Virus record (IMG/VR): IMGVR_UViG_3300033076_000210
Coordinates: 1 to 64,000 of that record
Source of the DNA: a virus
Lineage: Duplodnaviria > Caudoviricetes
Reading direction: 5' to 3' (one strand)
Length of the DNA: 64,000 nt
Made by a program: the position numbers and the translations under genes. This document shows positions 28,161 through 36,397 of the stretch, piece by piece. The first letter of the stretch is position 1, and every line of letters starts with the position of its first letter. The notes under the pieces were generated by a model. That model had not been told where the DNA came from and searched no databases. It saw only the letters and a list, made by a program, of their open reading frames with translations.

Positions 28161-28498
28161 TCTTGCACCAATGCTGCTACAATTTGAACTTGTTCTTGGG
28201 CACGTTGTAAAGCCTCGATGGCATCTTGCAATGCAGGATTAGTTTTGGCCAATTCTTTGAGTCGTTTTTCTTCTGCCATCTTTTCGTTTGCCCAGCGAAT
28301 AGCTGCCTGAGCGCTTAGATCCAATTCTACTGTAGGATACGCCCCGCTCATTGTAACCCAGTGATTCCCGTCATAGACTTCAAACCCGTTATTATAACGG
28401 ATCATTCCTGCACTAGGACGACTCATATCAATCCACGGTGCTCCGGTTCCGCTGCCAATAATGTTGATTCCTGGTCCGGGCATTATATTATTAATCAT
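28157..28498 (-). CDS. hypothetical phage protein
   Basis: GMIRYN..FEVYDG.W motif; coupled on both sides. Confidence 0.7.
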   Translation of the reverse strand: MINNIMPGPGINIIGSGTGAPWIDMSRPSAGMIRYNNGFEVYDGNHWVTMSGAYPTVELDLSAQAAIRWANEKMAEEKRLKELAKTNPALQDAIEALQRAQEQVQIVAALVQE

Positions 28499-29172
28499 CA
28501 CCAACCTGCCTTTTTTAAAATATCCCGTGCATACTCTTGGTCTGCTGGATAATCATGAAATTTCTTGTGCCACACATCTGCATTGATGTAGGGCCATACT
28601 ATAGCCAACTGTTCTTCGCTGGCTTCTGCTAAAAACTTTTGTCCCGATTCGGAATTGTAAATTACCCAAGGACTTAATCTGCCTGTAGTAATAGCATAAC
28701 AAACAGCATTGGGATTACCATAGCGCACACAATCCTGTGCAGGATTGCCTTGTTTGTCTGCCCAGTCAATTGAATATTCCATGGCACGAACCAATGCATC
28801 ATCTACGGCTTCAGTGGGCAAATACCACAACAAGTATTCTGTGTAAAATCTATCACTGGTCCACTTGTCAATTTTCTTTTGAGATTTTAACAACCAGTTC
28901 ATGAACTGTGTGGGATTGATTGCGCGGATGTCAACACAATATCGACCGAACTTCACAAACGCAAGATAGTAAGAGCTTTCGGCAAAGTCCTGATACGTTT
29001 TCAGCTTGGCAGAACCTTGCATCATTTCGTAAAATTTGATGTATGCCATAAAGCCAAGACGCACGCCTGGCTCATCTCGATTCAAGTGGCGACGTTTGGG
29101 TTCACACAAGTGAACTTCCAACGTAGATTCTTTGGCAAATGTCTTCTTACAAAAATTGCAAGTAAATGTCAT
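28498..29172 (-). CDS. hypothetical protein with N-terminal C2HC zinc finger
   Basis: CNFCKKTF...HLC. Confidence 0.7.
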   Translation of the reverse strand: MTFTCNFCKKTFAKESTLEVHLCEPKRRHLNRDEPGVRLGFMAYIKFYEMMQGSAKLKTYQDFAESSYYLAFVKFGRYCVDIRAINPTQFMNWLLKSQKKIDKWTSDRFYTEYLLWYLPTEAVDDALVRAMEYSIDWADKQGNPAQDCVRYGNPNAVCYAITTGRLSPWVIYNSESGQKFLAEASEEQLAIVWPYINADVWHKKFHDYPADQEYARDILKKAGW

Positions 29173-29612
29173 TTCTCTCGACCGTGTTGTTTGACGTAAG
29201 CGTCTAGTTCTTTTTTAGTAGTAATTGTGGCCAACAACTCAATCTCATCATCTTTGTATGTTGGAAATAGTTCAGCTAACTGCTTCTTTATACCCGACGC
29301 ACCAGGTTCTTTCTTCTTGGGCGCAATCCATTGATGACGTTGAGATCCTAGACCTGGGCTTACTGTTGTGGCCAAGAGCCATTGTAGTTTAGGATGTTTT
29401 CCCACGTTGAAGAAATGTTTGTTGAGTCGCTCGTTTGTGGCAATCACATAAAACTCTTGCAAATCTCTGCTGCCTTGCACACTCGACCCCCATCTCACCA
29501 TTAGGTATGTAGAGAACTTTTTCTTTTCTTCAGGTGTTAAGTCGTCATAGAAAGATCTAACCTTGTGGTCAAACACCTTCATCTCATTGGCAATGTTTAA
29601 TTTGTCACTCAT
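29169..29612 (-). CDS. putative clamp-loader small subunit (T4 gp62-like)
   Basis: F..YLM.RW.S...NE.LN...H.KLQW pattern; size and replication context. Confidence 0.55.
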   Translation of the reverse strand: MSDKLNIANEMKVFDHKVRSFYDDLTPEEKKKFSTYLMVRWGSSVQGSRDLQEFYVIATNERLNKHFFNVGKHPKLQWLLATTVSPGLGSQRHQWIAPKKKEPGASGIKKQLAELFPTYKDDEIELLATITTKKELDAYVKQHGREK

Positions 29613-29856
29613 GTTTCTTTTTTAGATTATACATTACAAATAGTTGGTCCAGCAACTCTCTCATGCCCGGATCCGACTCGCACATTTTTACGACTTCGTT
29701 TAGTTCCGATAACATTCGGTTAGTAGATGCAGAAATGTGCCCATCGTCGGTTTCGTAACCAACTACGCGGCGTTTGGTTTCGCCAAACTCTCGTCCGTAA
29801 ATAACGTTGCCGACACGTTCGTAGATGTAAGTTGCACCTGGTTTAAGACTGCCCAT
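29605..29856 (-). CDS. hypothetical phage protein
   Basis: YIYER...YGRE.G motif. Confidence 0.7.
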   Translation of the reverse strand: MGSLKPGATYIYERVGNVIYGREFGETKRRVVGYETDDGHISASTNRMLSELNEVVKMCESDPGMRELLDQLFVMYNLKKKHE

Positions 29857-29986
29857 CTCTGTAGCCCCACTGACGTAACACCCAGGCTTGAAAGCGTCGA
29901 AGTTCTTCTTCGTCGGCTGGATAGCTTTCTAAGTAGATTGCTATCATACGTTTTATTAAATCAATTAGTTCAGGTTCGTTAAACAT
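29843..29986 (-). CDS. small hypothetical protein (47 aa)
   Basis: MFNEPELIDLIKRMIAIYLESYP...; TAATG overlap, fills the gap. Confidence 0.6.
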   Translation of the reverse strand: MFNEPELIDLIKRMIAIYLESYPADEEELRRFQAWVLRQWGYRDGQS

Positions 29987-30486
29987 TACCAGGCCTTGTT
30001 ATAATCTACAATTTCACAATTGCGGCTAATGTCTTTGACAAAGTAAACACATTGTGGCTTGTCACCTTCTGTGATAGGGACACACAGCATCTGTCCGTTT
30101 TTAAGTTTAGGTGCATACCATGTAACTTCTTGATATACATCCAGGATTTCAATGTCGGGAAAACTAGGCCGGAAACTACTAAGTGGATTGAATTCAAACA
30201 CTTTAAATCCACGATCATTGATGCTTGTAAGTGGGAGTATTTCAAGGTCACCTAAGTCTGGTTCACCTATTAGTATCTGCCAGTCCATGGGCATTTTAAT
30301 TCTTTGCTGACCTATTTGTAATACCAGGGCAGGGGCCGTAAAACTTTCTAAAAAGATAAGTGGGATATATTGATAATCTGGATCAGCTGGTGTGGAGTTG
30401 TCAAGGATAGCAAAACGCATGTCATCAACTTCTTCCGGCAAGTGGTCCAAATCAAAACTGTTATTGTCTAATGTAAGGATTCGCAT
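29986..30486 (-). CDS. conserved hypothetical phage protein (possible degenerate Hint fold)
   Basis: 166 aa, beta-rich; leaderless behind promoter 30493-30521. Confidence 0.7.
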   Translation of the reverse strand: MRILTLDNNSFDLDHLPEEVDDMRFAILDNSTPADPDYQYIPLIFLESFTAPALVLQIGQQRIKMPMDWQILIGEPDLGDLEILPLTSINDRGFKVFEFNPLSSFRPSFPDIEILDVYQEVTWYAPKLKNGQMLCVPITEGDKPQCVYFVKDISRNCEIVDYNKAW

Positions 30487-30492
30487 GTTGTT

Positions 30493-30521
30493 ATAATACT
30501 AAATTTTAACTCAAAAGTCAA
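30493..30521 (-). promoter_or_regulatory. sigma70-type promoter TTGACT-N17-TATTAT (leaderless)
   Basis: 17-nt spacer; ATG 6 nt after -10. Confidence 0.7.
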
Positions 30522-31126
30522 TGGGTTTGTAAAATTTCTCTGACTTCTTGGGCAAATCTTTTTTGCCACTCCGGATCATCTGTGTGAAATCCAGGACTCG
30601 CTTTGTATTTAGGATACGCAGAAAGATTAGTCGCAGTCATCTTGTGTAAGAACTCTCCTAGTATTTTATTAACCCACGGATCACTAGGGTAAGGAAGCTG
30701 GGCATAATTATTAAATAACCCGCCCAGAGTCCAGGCATATGGTATATGGTTACGTTCTAACAATGACAACATGCCGGCTGCAACACTACATTCTTTTATC
30801 ATTTGCATTTCTGCAGGCACATGAATACGATACGCATCTGCTACTTGTCTCTGTTCACTAGTGGTATTAGTTGGGTCGTTGCCGGTAGTTATTATACCAT
30901 TAGCCAAGAACTCCAACCGCCCTGGGAAAGAAAATCCCAGCACCACAAGATCAGGATCTTGTTCCAGTCCTTGATAAAATTTATGAGCAATAATACCATT
31001 ACTAGCACCTGACTGGGAATTCATTATGATATCATATTCCTGCAACATTTCGCTCCAATGTTGTCCTGGATATATAAAATCAGGCTTCATAAAGCTGTCG
31101 CCGACTACTAACAACTTCTTTTTCAT
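30518..31126 (-). CDS. SGNH-fold hydrolase-like protein
   Basis: VVGDSF, SQSGASN, GFH; ATGA overlap with uvsW. Confidence 0.65.
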   Translation of the reverse strand: MKKKLLVVGDSFMKPDFIYPGQHWSEMLQEYDIIMNSQSGASNGIIAHKFYQGLEQDPDLVVLGFSFPGRLEFLANGIITTGNDPTNTTSEQRQVADAYRIHVPAEMQMIKECSVAAGMLSLLERNHIPYAWTLGGLFNNYAQLPYPSDPWVNKILGEFLHKMTATNLSAYPKYKASPGFHTDDPEWQKRFAQEVREILQTH

Positions 31127-32592
31127 TTGACTTTCATCCACTCAAGTTTTTCTTGTGTGAATGGGTAGTTGGCTTCTCGATAAAATGCTTTGCGCTTGGT
31201 TAAATGTCGTTTGGCAAATTTACATGTTGATGTCAAGTCCCAGATTTCCACATGGTCTTTATCTTCTGCTTTACGAATTCCACGACCGATTGACTGAATA
31301 ACTCTAACAAAACTCTTGCCAGGCTCCACAAGAACAAGATTAAAAATACGGGGGATATTAATACCAACAGCAGCCACTCCATAAGTGGCCACAATAATTT
31401 TGTCACTCGATTCAGCAACTTCTGCATACTCTGCTTTCCTTGTTTTTCCTTTGGTTGCACCAGATACAAACACAGCACGCTCTCCTAATCGGCTCACAAG
31501 TTCTTGACCCGCAGACACTCTATCCACAAGCACTAATGTGTTACCAGTTTCGTTTACTTTGCGTATTAGCTCGGCCATTGTATCTAATCGTCCCGATTCT
31601 TCTAATAGATACTTTAGTTCACTTTGATAATTTGAATACTCAACGTGATCCTGTAGTTGAACAATGTTCACATGACACTGTGCTAAAACACCCTGTTGTT
31701 GCAATTCATTTGCCGATAGCTTGCCTACCACAGGACCAAGACTGACTAACAGTGCCTGGCTTTCAAACTTTTCTTTAGGTACAGTTCCAGTAAGTCCCCA
31801 ACGCAATGGGATCTTGGCCATAACTCCAGTGAGCAGAGTTTTAAGAGCTTCTGCTTTGGCCATATGCACTTCGTCTACAATAACGCATACAACGTCTTCA
31901 ATGAAATCCATGATTGTAAAGTCGGCGATGCCTGTGTTAGTATTTTTTAGCAATACATTTAAACTTTGCCACGTACAGATGGTATGTGTCTTGCCAAACT
32001 CTTTACGATCTCCATAAAACACACCAACATCAAGCCCAAGGTTAACATAATCTGCTTCTGTTTGTTCCACAAGACTTTTATTAGGAACAATAACAATACT
32101 ACGACCGTAAGGCTCAATTTTTGAACTCAAGGCGGCGGTCATAATTGTTTTGCCTGCGCCTGTAGCAACTTCCTGAATGCATTGGGGATTTTCTAAAAAG
32201 TTGTTGATAATTTCTTCTTGGTAGTCACGTAATACAATTGGCTGACCCACTGCTGGATGGCCTTTGGGCCACACTTTGTGAGCAAACGTAGTTTCTTCCA
32301 CTGGAGTAAAATCAAATGCTACAGAGTAGTCACGCTGATCATCAAGTTCAATGTCGTAATTAAACTTTTCCAGTATAGGAATAATTTCCGGCAATAGATT
32401 TGTATAAGTGCTACCACCAAGTTGAAAGTATGCTACCTTGCCATCCCAGCGACCAAGTCGAACTGCTGGCATGTAACGTGCTGCTGGGTTTTCATATTTA
32501 AATGCGTTAACAAGAGACTTGCGAGCATCTAAATCGAGCCCTTCAATCTTAATGTTAACTTCGTCTTTGATTACTATCGTTGCTGTTTTCAT
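31123..32592 (-). CDS. uvsW: UvsW-like SF2 DNA helicase
   Basis: WDGK, LRDYQ, ATGAGKT, DEVH, GLTGT, QSIGRG.R. Confidence 0.92.
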   Translation of the reverse strand: MKTATIVIKDEVNIKIEGLDLDARKSLVNAFKYENPAARYMPAVRLGRWDGKVAYFQLGGSTYTNLLPEIIPILEKFNYDIELDDQRDYSVAFDFTPVEETTFAHKVWPKGHPAVGQPIVLRDYQEEIINNFLENPQCIQEVATGAGKTIMTAALSSKIEPYGRSIVIVPNKSLVEQTEADYVNLGLDVGVFYGDRKEFGKTHTICTWQSLNVLLKNTNTGIADFTIMDFIEDVVCVIVDEVHMAKAEALKTLLTGVMAKIPLRWGLTGTVPKEKFESQALLVSLGPVVGKLSANELQQQGVLAQCHVNIVQLQDHVEYSNYQSELKYLLEESGRLDTMAELIRKVNETGNTLVLVDRVSAGQELVSRLGERAVFVSGATKGKTRKAEYAEVAESSDKIIVATYGVAAVGINIPRIFNLVLVEPGKSFVRVIQSIGRGIRKAEDKDHVEIWDLTSTCKFAKRHLTKRKAFYREANYPFTQEKLEWMKVK

Positions 32593-33443
32593 TGTATTTC
32601 TACCCGACTAACCCATTGCCGAGTTGCTATTTCTTGTAAAAGAGTTTCTCTGCTGCCTGTGTAAATTAAATCAGCAACAGGAAATCGTAATGGTTGTGCC
32701 TTTGCATTATACACGCTGGTAATGTTTTTTGCAAGAAAAAACTCTTGATGTTCATCAATATAACGTTGTATTCGTCCGTATTTTTCACTTAGATTGCGTT
32801 CACGGAACTGTACATTAAAATCGGCGCTGTAATGACTAAAGGGGCGGAATGCATCGTCGGAAATATACTCATCGTTGTCCTGTTCAAGATCCTCAACAGT
32901 CTTGCCTATTTCGCAATAGTTTAGATAAACAGTTCCAAACTCAATTTGCCAAGTACCGTATGTGCTTTGTAACTGTTCCGATAGTCGATGTGTTTTAGGC
33001 ATGCCATACCATGTGCATACAAAGCGAGGACTGAGAGGTTGCATTGCGGTTTCGCATCTATGAACTGCTATGTTTAATTCCGCAATAGCACGCCTAGCAG
33101 TCTCGTCGGCGGTTTGCCAATATTCCGATGTTTGCTGATCCAACAGCCCGTGATGAATCTCAAATATGTTGTGCAAATAATTCAAACAGTCTTGGGTCCA
33201 CTCAAACGGTCTGGTAATTAGAGGGCGATGTGCATTTATTGTATCAATGCATTGCTTGATGAAAACTTCAGCGCGGTGTTGCTCTTGTTCAAGGGTGTCG
33301 AAGCCATAAAATCTGTCAGGATGATCAAGTGGCCAGCTGTCTTTTTGTTGCATGCGTTCTCGCCAAAGGTCTGCAACAGGAGTTTTTCTTATTTGGAATT
33401 CAAGTGTTAAAGGATCAGTAGTTCCTAATGTAATAGAAAGCAT
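32589..33443 (-). CDS. hypothetical phage protein
   Basis: LNYLH.IFE and LN.AVH.CE repeats, Y.E.GK motif. Confidence 0.75.
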   Translation of the reverse strand: MLSITLGTTDPLTLEFQIRKTPVADLWRERMQQKDSWPLDHPDRFYGFDTLEQEQHRAEVFIKQCIDTINAHRPLITRPFEWTQDCLNYLHNIFEIHHGLLDQQTSEYWQTADETARRAIAELNIAVHRCETAMQPLSPRFVCTWYGMPKTHRLSEQLQSTYGTWQIEFGTVYLNYCEIGKTVEDLEQDNDEYISDDAFRPFSHYSADFNVQFRERNLSEKYGRIQRYIDEHQEFFLAKNITSVYNAKAQPLRFPVADLIYTGSRETLLQEIATRQWVSRVEIQ

Positions 33444-33449
33444 CGTAGT

Positions 33450-33478
33450 AGTATATACTTACCACAACAAAAAGTCAA
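33450..33478 (-). promoter_or_regulatory. sigma70-type promoter TTGACT-N17-TATACT (leaderless)
   Basis: 17-nt spacer; ATG 6 nt after -10; -35 overlaps the terminator U tract. Confidence 0.75.
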
Positions 33479-33503
33479 AAAAACAGGCTCCAAAGAGCCT
33501 GTT
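33477..33503 (-). terminator. intrinsic terminator
   Basis: aacaggctc-tttg-gagcctgtt followed by U tract on the minus strand. Confidence 0.85.
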
Positions 33504-33508
33504 GTAAA

Positions 33509-33528
33509 TGAACCGTTTTCACGATTCA
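33509..33528 (-). other. RNA hairpin with GAAA tetraloop in 3' UTR
   Basis: ugaaucgu-GAAA-acgguuca, 8-bp stem with one G-U pair. Confidence 0.6.
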
Positions 33529-33546
33529 GGAGCTAACCAAAACACC

Positions 33547-33696
33547 TCAAACAATCAAATCCATTGCGGCTGCAAAGTTTGCCGCACTTATAACAAGGGC
33601 GGCCCAGCCAATCCCGTTTCTTTCTGCTTCAAAATGATCTTTGGCCTGTTCCCACAACCACCAAGCAAAGAACAAGTTAAGAAAAAGAGCCAACAT
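33547..33696 (-). CDS. small membrane protein (49 aa)
   Basis: Two hydrophobic segments; TAATG overlap; start moved to MLALFLN. Confidence 0.6.
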   Translation of the reverse strand: MLALFLNLFFAWWLWEQAKDHFEAERNGIGWAALVISAANFAAAMDLIV

Positions 33697-33800
33697 TACA
33701 GTATCGCAATCAAAAAAATCAAAAATGCCCAACCAGGATTGCCGGTCATCAGTGCAAACAGTGCCAGTATAGTTCCAAAGAATGCCCGATCACTGCCCAT
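33696..33800 (-). CDS. small membrane protein (34 aa)
   Basis: MGSDRAFFGTILALFALMTGNPGWAFLIFLIAIL; AGGAG RBS. Confidence 0.6.
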   Translation of the reverse strand: MGSDRAFFGTILALFALMTGNPGWAFLIFLIAIL

Positions 33801-34047
33801 GAATTTTCAACTCCTGTGAGCATCGAACACCCTTGCCAAATTCATCAAGTATCTGACGAGTGCTGTCCTGTGTAATAACAAACTTGTAACCTTCGATACA
33901 ACGACTTTCAGTTACTCCATTGATACCAATACTGATGTTGCTGTTGCCAGACATTGAGGTTCCTGCACCTACAATGACCATAACAAAAATCGCAAAGATC
34001 ACAATAGCAACCATCAGTTCAATTAAAGTAAATCCACGTTGTTTCAT
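33790..34047 (-). CDS. type IV pilin-like peptide (class III signal peptide)
   Basis: MKQRG/FTLIELMVAIVIFAIFV prepilin-peptidase cleavage/N-methylation motif; C-terminal Cys pair. Confidence 0.8.
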   Translation of the reverse strand: MKQRGFTLIELMVAIVIFAIFVMVIVGAGTSMSGNSNISIGINGVTESRCIEGYKFVITQDSTRQILDEFGKGVRCSQELKIHGQ

Positions 34048-34102
34048 TGTTGTTCCTTATCGGAGGGGTCTTATTGACATTGCCCCTACGCACACTGCGG
34101 GG

Positions 34103-34258
34103 TTAACCTTCTTCTATTTCGTCTGCGATATCTGCTACTGTGTTGGCAACATCTTGCAACTCGCCTGACACATCGTCGTATTCGGCACGGCTGTTGACTA
34201 CTTCTTGAATTAAAGCATGAGCCTGGGCCAGCTTGGTAATTTGTTCGTATTTGTCCAT
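34103..34258 (-). CDS. small acidic hypothetical protein
   Basis: Start moved to MDKYEQI. Confidence 0.6.
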   Translation of the reverse strand: MDKYEQITKLAQAHALIQEVVNSRAEYDDVSGELQDVANTVADIADEIEEG

Positions 34259-34262
34259 GATA

Positions 34263-34421
34263 CTACCCGTTAAATCCAATTTGATCTTCAAACAATGCCA
34301 GCAAGTCTTCGTCGGTCATTAAGTCCAATTCAGACACCACATGCTCATCTTCGTTGCTGTCGATGATAATTTTACCATCAAACGAACACTCTTGCAATCG
34401 TTTAATAACTAGTTCACGCAC
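34263..34421 (-). CDS. small acidic hypothetical protein
   Basis: GTG start (MRELVIKR), GGAG RBS, overlaps the upstream stop. Confidence 0.55.
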   Translation of the reverse strand: MRELVIKRLQECSFDGKIIIDSNEDEHVVSELDLMTDEDLLALFEDQIGFNG

Positions 34422-34530
34422 CGTAATACTCCAATGACTTGATTGTAAACCCTGCTTCTTCTTGTTCATCTGCTTCGAATTTTGTATCAACAGAGTAAAG
34501 ATACAAATCACCATCCCAAATTTCAAACAT
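34414..34530 (-). CDS. small acidic hypothetical protein (38 aa)
   Basis: MFEIWDGDLYLYSVDTKFEADE...; AGGAG RBS; not in ORF track. Confidence 0.6.
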   Translation of the reverse strand: MFEIWDGDLYLYSVDTKFEADEQEEAGFTIKSLEYYGA

Positions 34531-34531
34531 A

Positions 34532-35560
34532 TTAAACTCCTTGTGGTTTCATGCAAGTTGTTTCTGCAAGACGCTTCCAGTTAGTAACTGACATCTTACG
34601 CAAGTCTGCAATCTTCAGCGCCATACGCAAACTCATTTCACGCAAACGTGTCTTGTTGGTGTCCATGAAGTCAATGATCTCGTCTTGCACACACTTATCA
34701 AAATCGTAGTTTGCAAACAATTCGCCGTCTGCGGCAATTTGCTTGATACGCAACACTTTGTCACGCATGGTGTCCAAGGTCAAGTCCAAGTAGTGGCAAC
34801 GACTTTGGAGAGCGTCCAAGTGATCGCGCAACTTTTGCGACTTCATGTTGTCAAACTTCAAGTTGGTAATGAAGATCACGGAGCCTTTGAACTCGAAGCT
34901 GTCAGGAATGCCTTCACGACGCAAAGTGCTTGACTCAGACAACCAGGAGATTTTGCGTTTCTTTCCGGAGTCCAAAGCTCCTTTGAGTAAGTTAAGCGAT
35001 ACGTCATCGAGCAAAATGCTATCGCAGTCATCGAAAACAACCACGCAATTCGTATCTGAATATTTGTATAGAGTTTGGTAAAGCCCGATCGGCGTCGCAC
35101 TACCCTTAACGACTTCGGCACGAAGTCGTTTACCCGCCAACTTATCAAATAGACATGCTTTGTCAATTTCTTGCTCCACACCAAATGATTTACCAACGCC
35201 CGGTGGGCCCGACACAATCATAGCACGAATGTCACCTGTAACTGACGCTTTGGTCATTTCATGCAGAATGTCAAAACGTTCACGAATACGGCTCATTGCT
35301 TCTTCGTCAGTTTCTTGGGGGCGAGCAGGTTGCTCGAGTTTGATTACATTGTCTTGTGCCATTGAACTAGTATACTCAACATCTTCGATGCTGTCAACAC
35401 GCACACGAATCGTATCTGGGCAGTTAGGGAAAGTGCCGTCATTGCGAACAGTGACATAGTTGCCTTTGGCACCTGTTTGAAAACCTGCTACCAGCGAAAA
35501 CACTTGATTAGCGACTACCTTGTTGCGATACTCGCCACGCACAATACGAACTGAACTCAT
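34532..35560 (-). CDS. AAA+ family ATPase
   Basis: SGPPGVGKS Walker A, VVFDDCD Walker B, IFITN sensor 1, ALQSR Arg finger. Confidence 0.88.
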   Translation of the reverse strand: MSSVRIVRGEYRNKVVANQVFSLVAGFQTGAKGNYVTVRNDGTFPNCPDTIRVRVDSIEDVEYTSSMAQDNVIKLEQPARPQETDEEAMSRIRERFDILHEMTKASVTGDIRAMIVSGPPGVGKSFGVEQEIDKACLFDKLAGKRLRAEVVKGSATPIGLYQTLYKYSDTNCVVVFDDCDSILLDDVSLNLLKGALDSGKKRKISWLSESSTLRREGIPDSFEFKGSVIFITNLKFDNMKSQKLRDHLDALQSRCHYLDLTLDTMRDKVLRIKQIAADGELFANYDFDKCVQDEIIDFMDTNKTRLREMSLRMALKIADLRKMSVTNWKRLAETTCMKPQGV

Positions 35561-35603
35561 TTTAGCTCCAAAAGTTAGGTTGTTGTTTTGTTGTTATGCG
35601 TAT

Positions 35604-35632
35604 ATTATAGCAAAACGGGATTTATTGGTCAA
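35604..35632 (-). promoter_or_regulatory. sigma70-type early promoter TTGACC-N17-TATAAT
   Basis: Consensus, extended -10. Confidence 0.85.
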
Positions 35633-35771
35633 CCGTCTCAACGGTTTCTTGTGTTTCTAGCACCTGTTGCGTAATTACAACACCACCGTATGCTGCCTGA
35701 AATTGCTCTGCTACTACTTGCAAGAAAAAAGTTAATACTTTACCGTTACGTGTAATCAGAGTGTATTTCAT
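35622..35771 (-). CDS. small hypothetical protein (49 aa)
   Basis: MKYTLITRNGKVLTFFLQVVAEQFQAAYGG...; AAGGA RBS behind an early promoter. Confidence 0.65.
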   Translation of the reverse strand: MKYTLITRNGKVLTFFLQVVAEQFQAAYGGVVITQQVLETQETVETVDQ

Positions 35772-35798
35772 GTGTTCCTTTTTGCTCTCTATGTAACT

Positions 35799-35827
35799 AT
35801 TATAGCAAATTGGGAATTTTTGGTCAA
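35799..35827 (-). promoter_or_regulatory. sigma70-type early promoter TTGACC-N17-TATAAT
   Basis: 29/30 nt identical to 1741-1770. Confidence 0.85.
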
Positions 35828-35828
35828 G

Positions 35829-35852
35829 AAAAACCCTGCTATCAGCAGGGTT
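35829..35852 (-). terminator. intrinsic terminator
   Basis: aaccctgct-gat-agcagggtt plus U tract on the minus strand. Confidence 0.8.
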
Positions 35853-35869
35853 ATGTAAGCATTATTTTG

Positions 35870-36361
35870 TTATTCTAAACCGGGCACAATTGTTATATTT
35901 TCTACAAATGTACCATCTGCAGGCAATCTCCACCACCATTGCCCAGTTAAGTTGCCGTGTTCAACTGGGGGTTGCAACACGTCATTGATGTAAGTATTTC
36001 CAAATTGAGTAGAAGGAAATCCAATATATCCATTGGGACCCGACGAAACAATAGTCACATTTCCTACATTTCCTACAACCTCTTCTACCGGAGTGTAGTT
36101 AGCCTGGTTAAATGCTACTAATAAATCAGCATTGTTGTCTATTGCAATTTCAAGTACCTGGTTGCCTGAGAATGCCACTTCGGCATTCCATGAAAATAGC
36201 TCGTTAGTAACAGTATACGCTGCATTCGGCAATTCAGGAAAAGATTCATTTAATGTAACCACAGGTCCTTGATATATCACAACATTGTTAATCTTTGCTG
36301 TAATGTTTGCAGGCTGTTCTCCGTATGCAATACCGAATTGTTTAAAGGTGCGTGTAGTCAT
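35870..36361 (-). CDS. hypothetical (probable late/structural) protein
   Basis: TAAATA at 36382-36387, GGAG RBS, beta-rich. Confidence 0.6.
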   Translation of the reverse strand: MTTRTFKQFGIAYGEQPANITAKINNVVIYQGPVVTLNESFPELPNAAYTVTNELFSWNAEVAFSGNQVLEIAIDNNADLLVAFNQANYTPVEEVVGNVGNVTIVSSGPNGYIGFPSTQFGNTYINDVLQPPVEHGNLTGQWWWRLPADGTFVENITIVPGLE

Positions 36362-36397
36362 AATGTATTCTCCAATGCTATTATTTATCCAGGAATA

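Noticed and set aside
33696-33732. Programmed frameshift or phase variation at the T5-GA-T7 tract
   Set aside because: Explained by Phe/Leu/Ile codons of a 34-aa membrane protein ending in a TAATG overlap.
34048-34102. tRNA or known self-cleaving ribozyme
   Set aside because: Too short, no cloverleaf or TTC loop; no hammerhead, twister, pistol or HDV core recognisable. Kept only as an unknown structured element.
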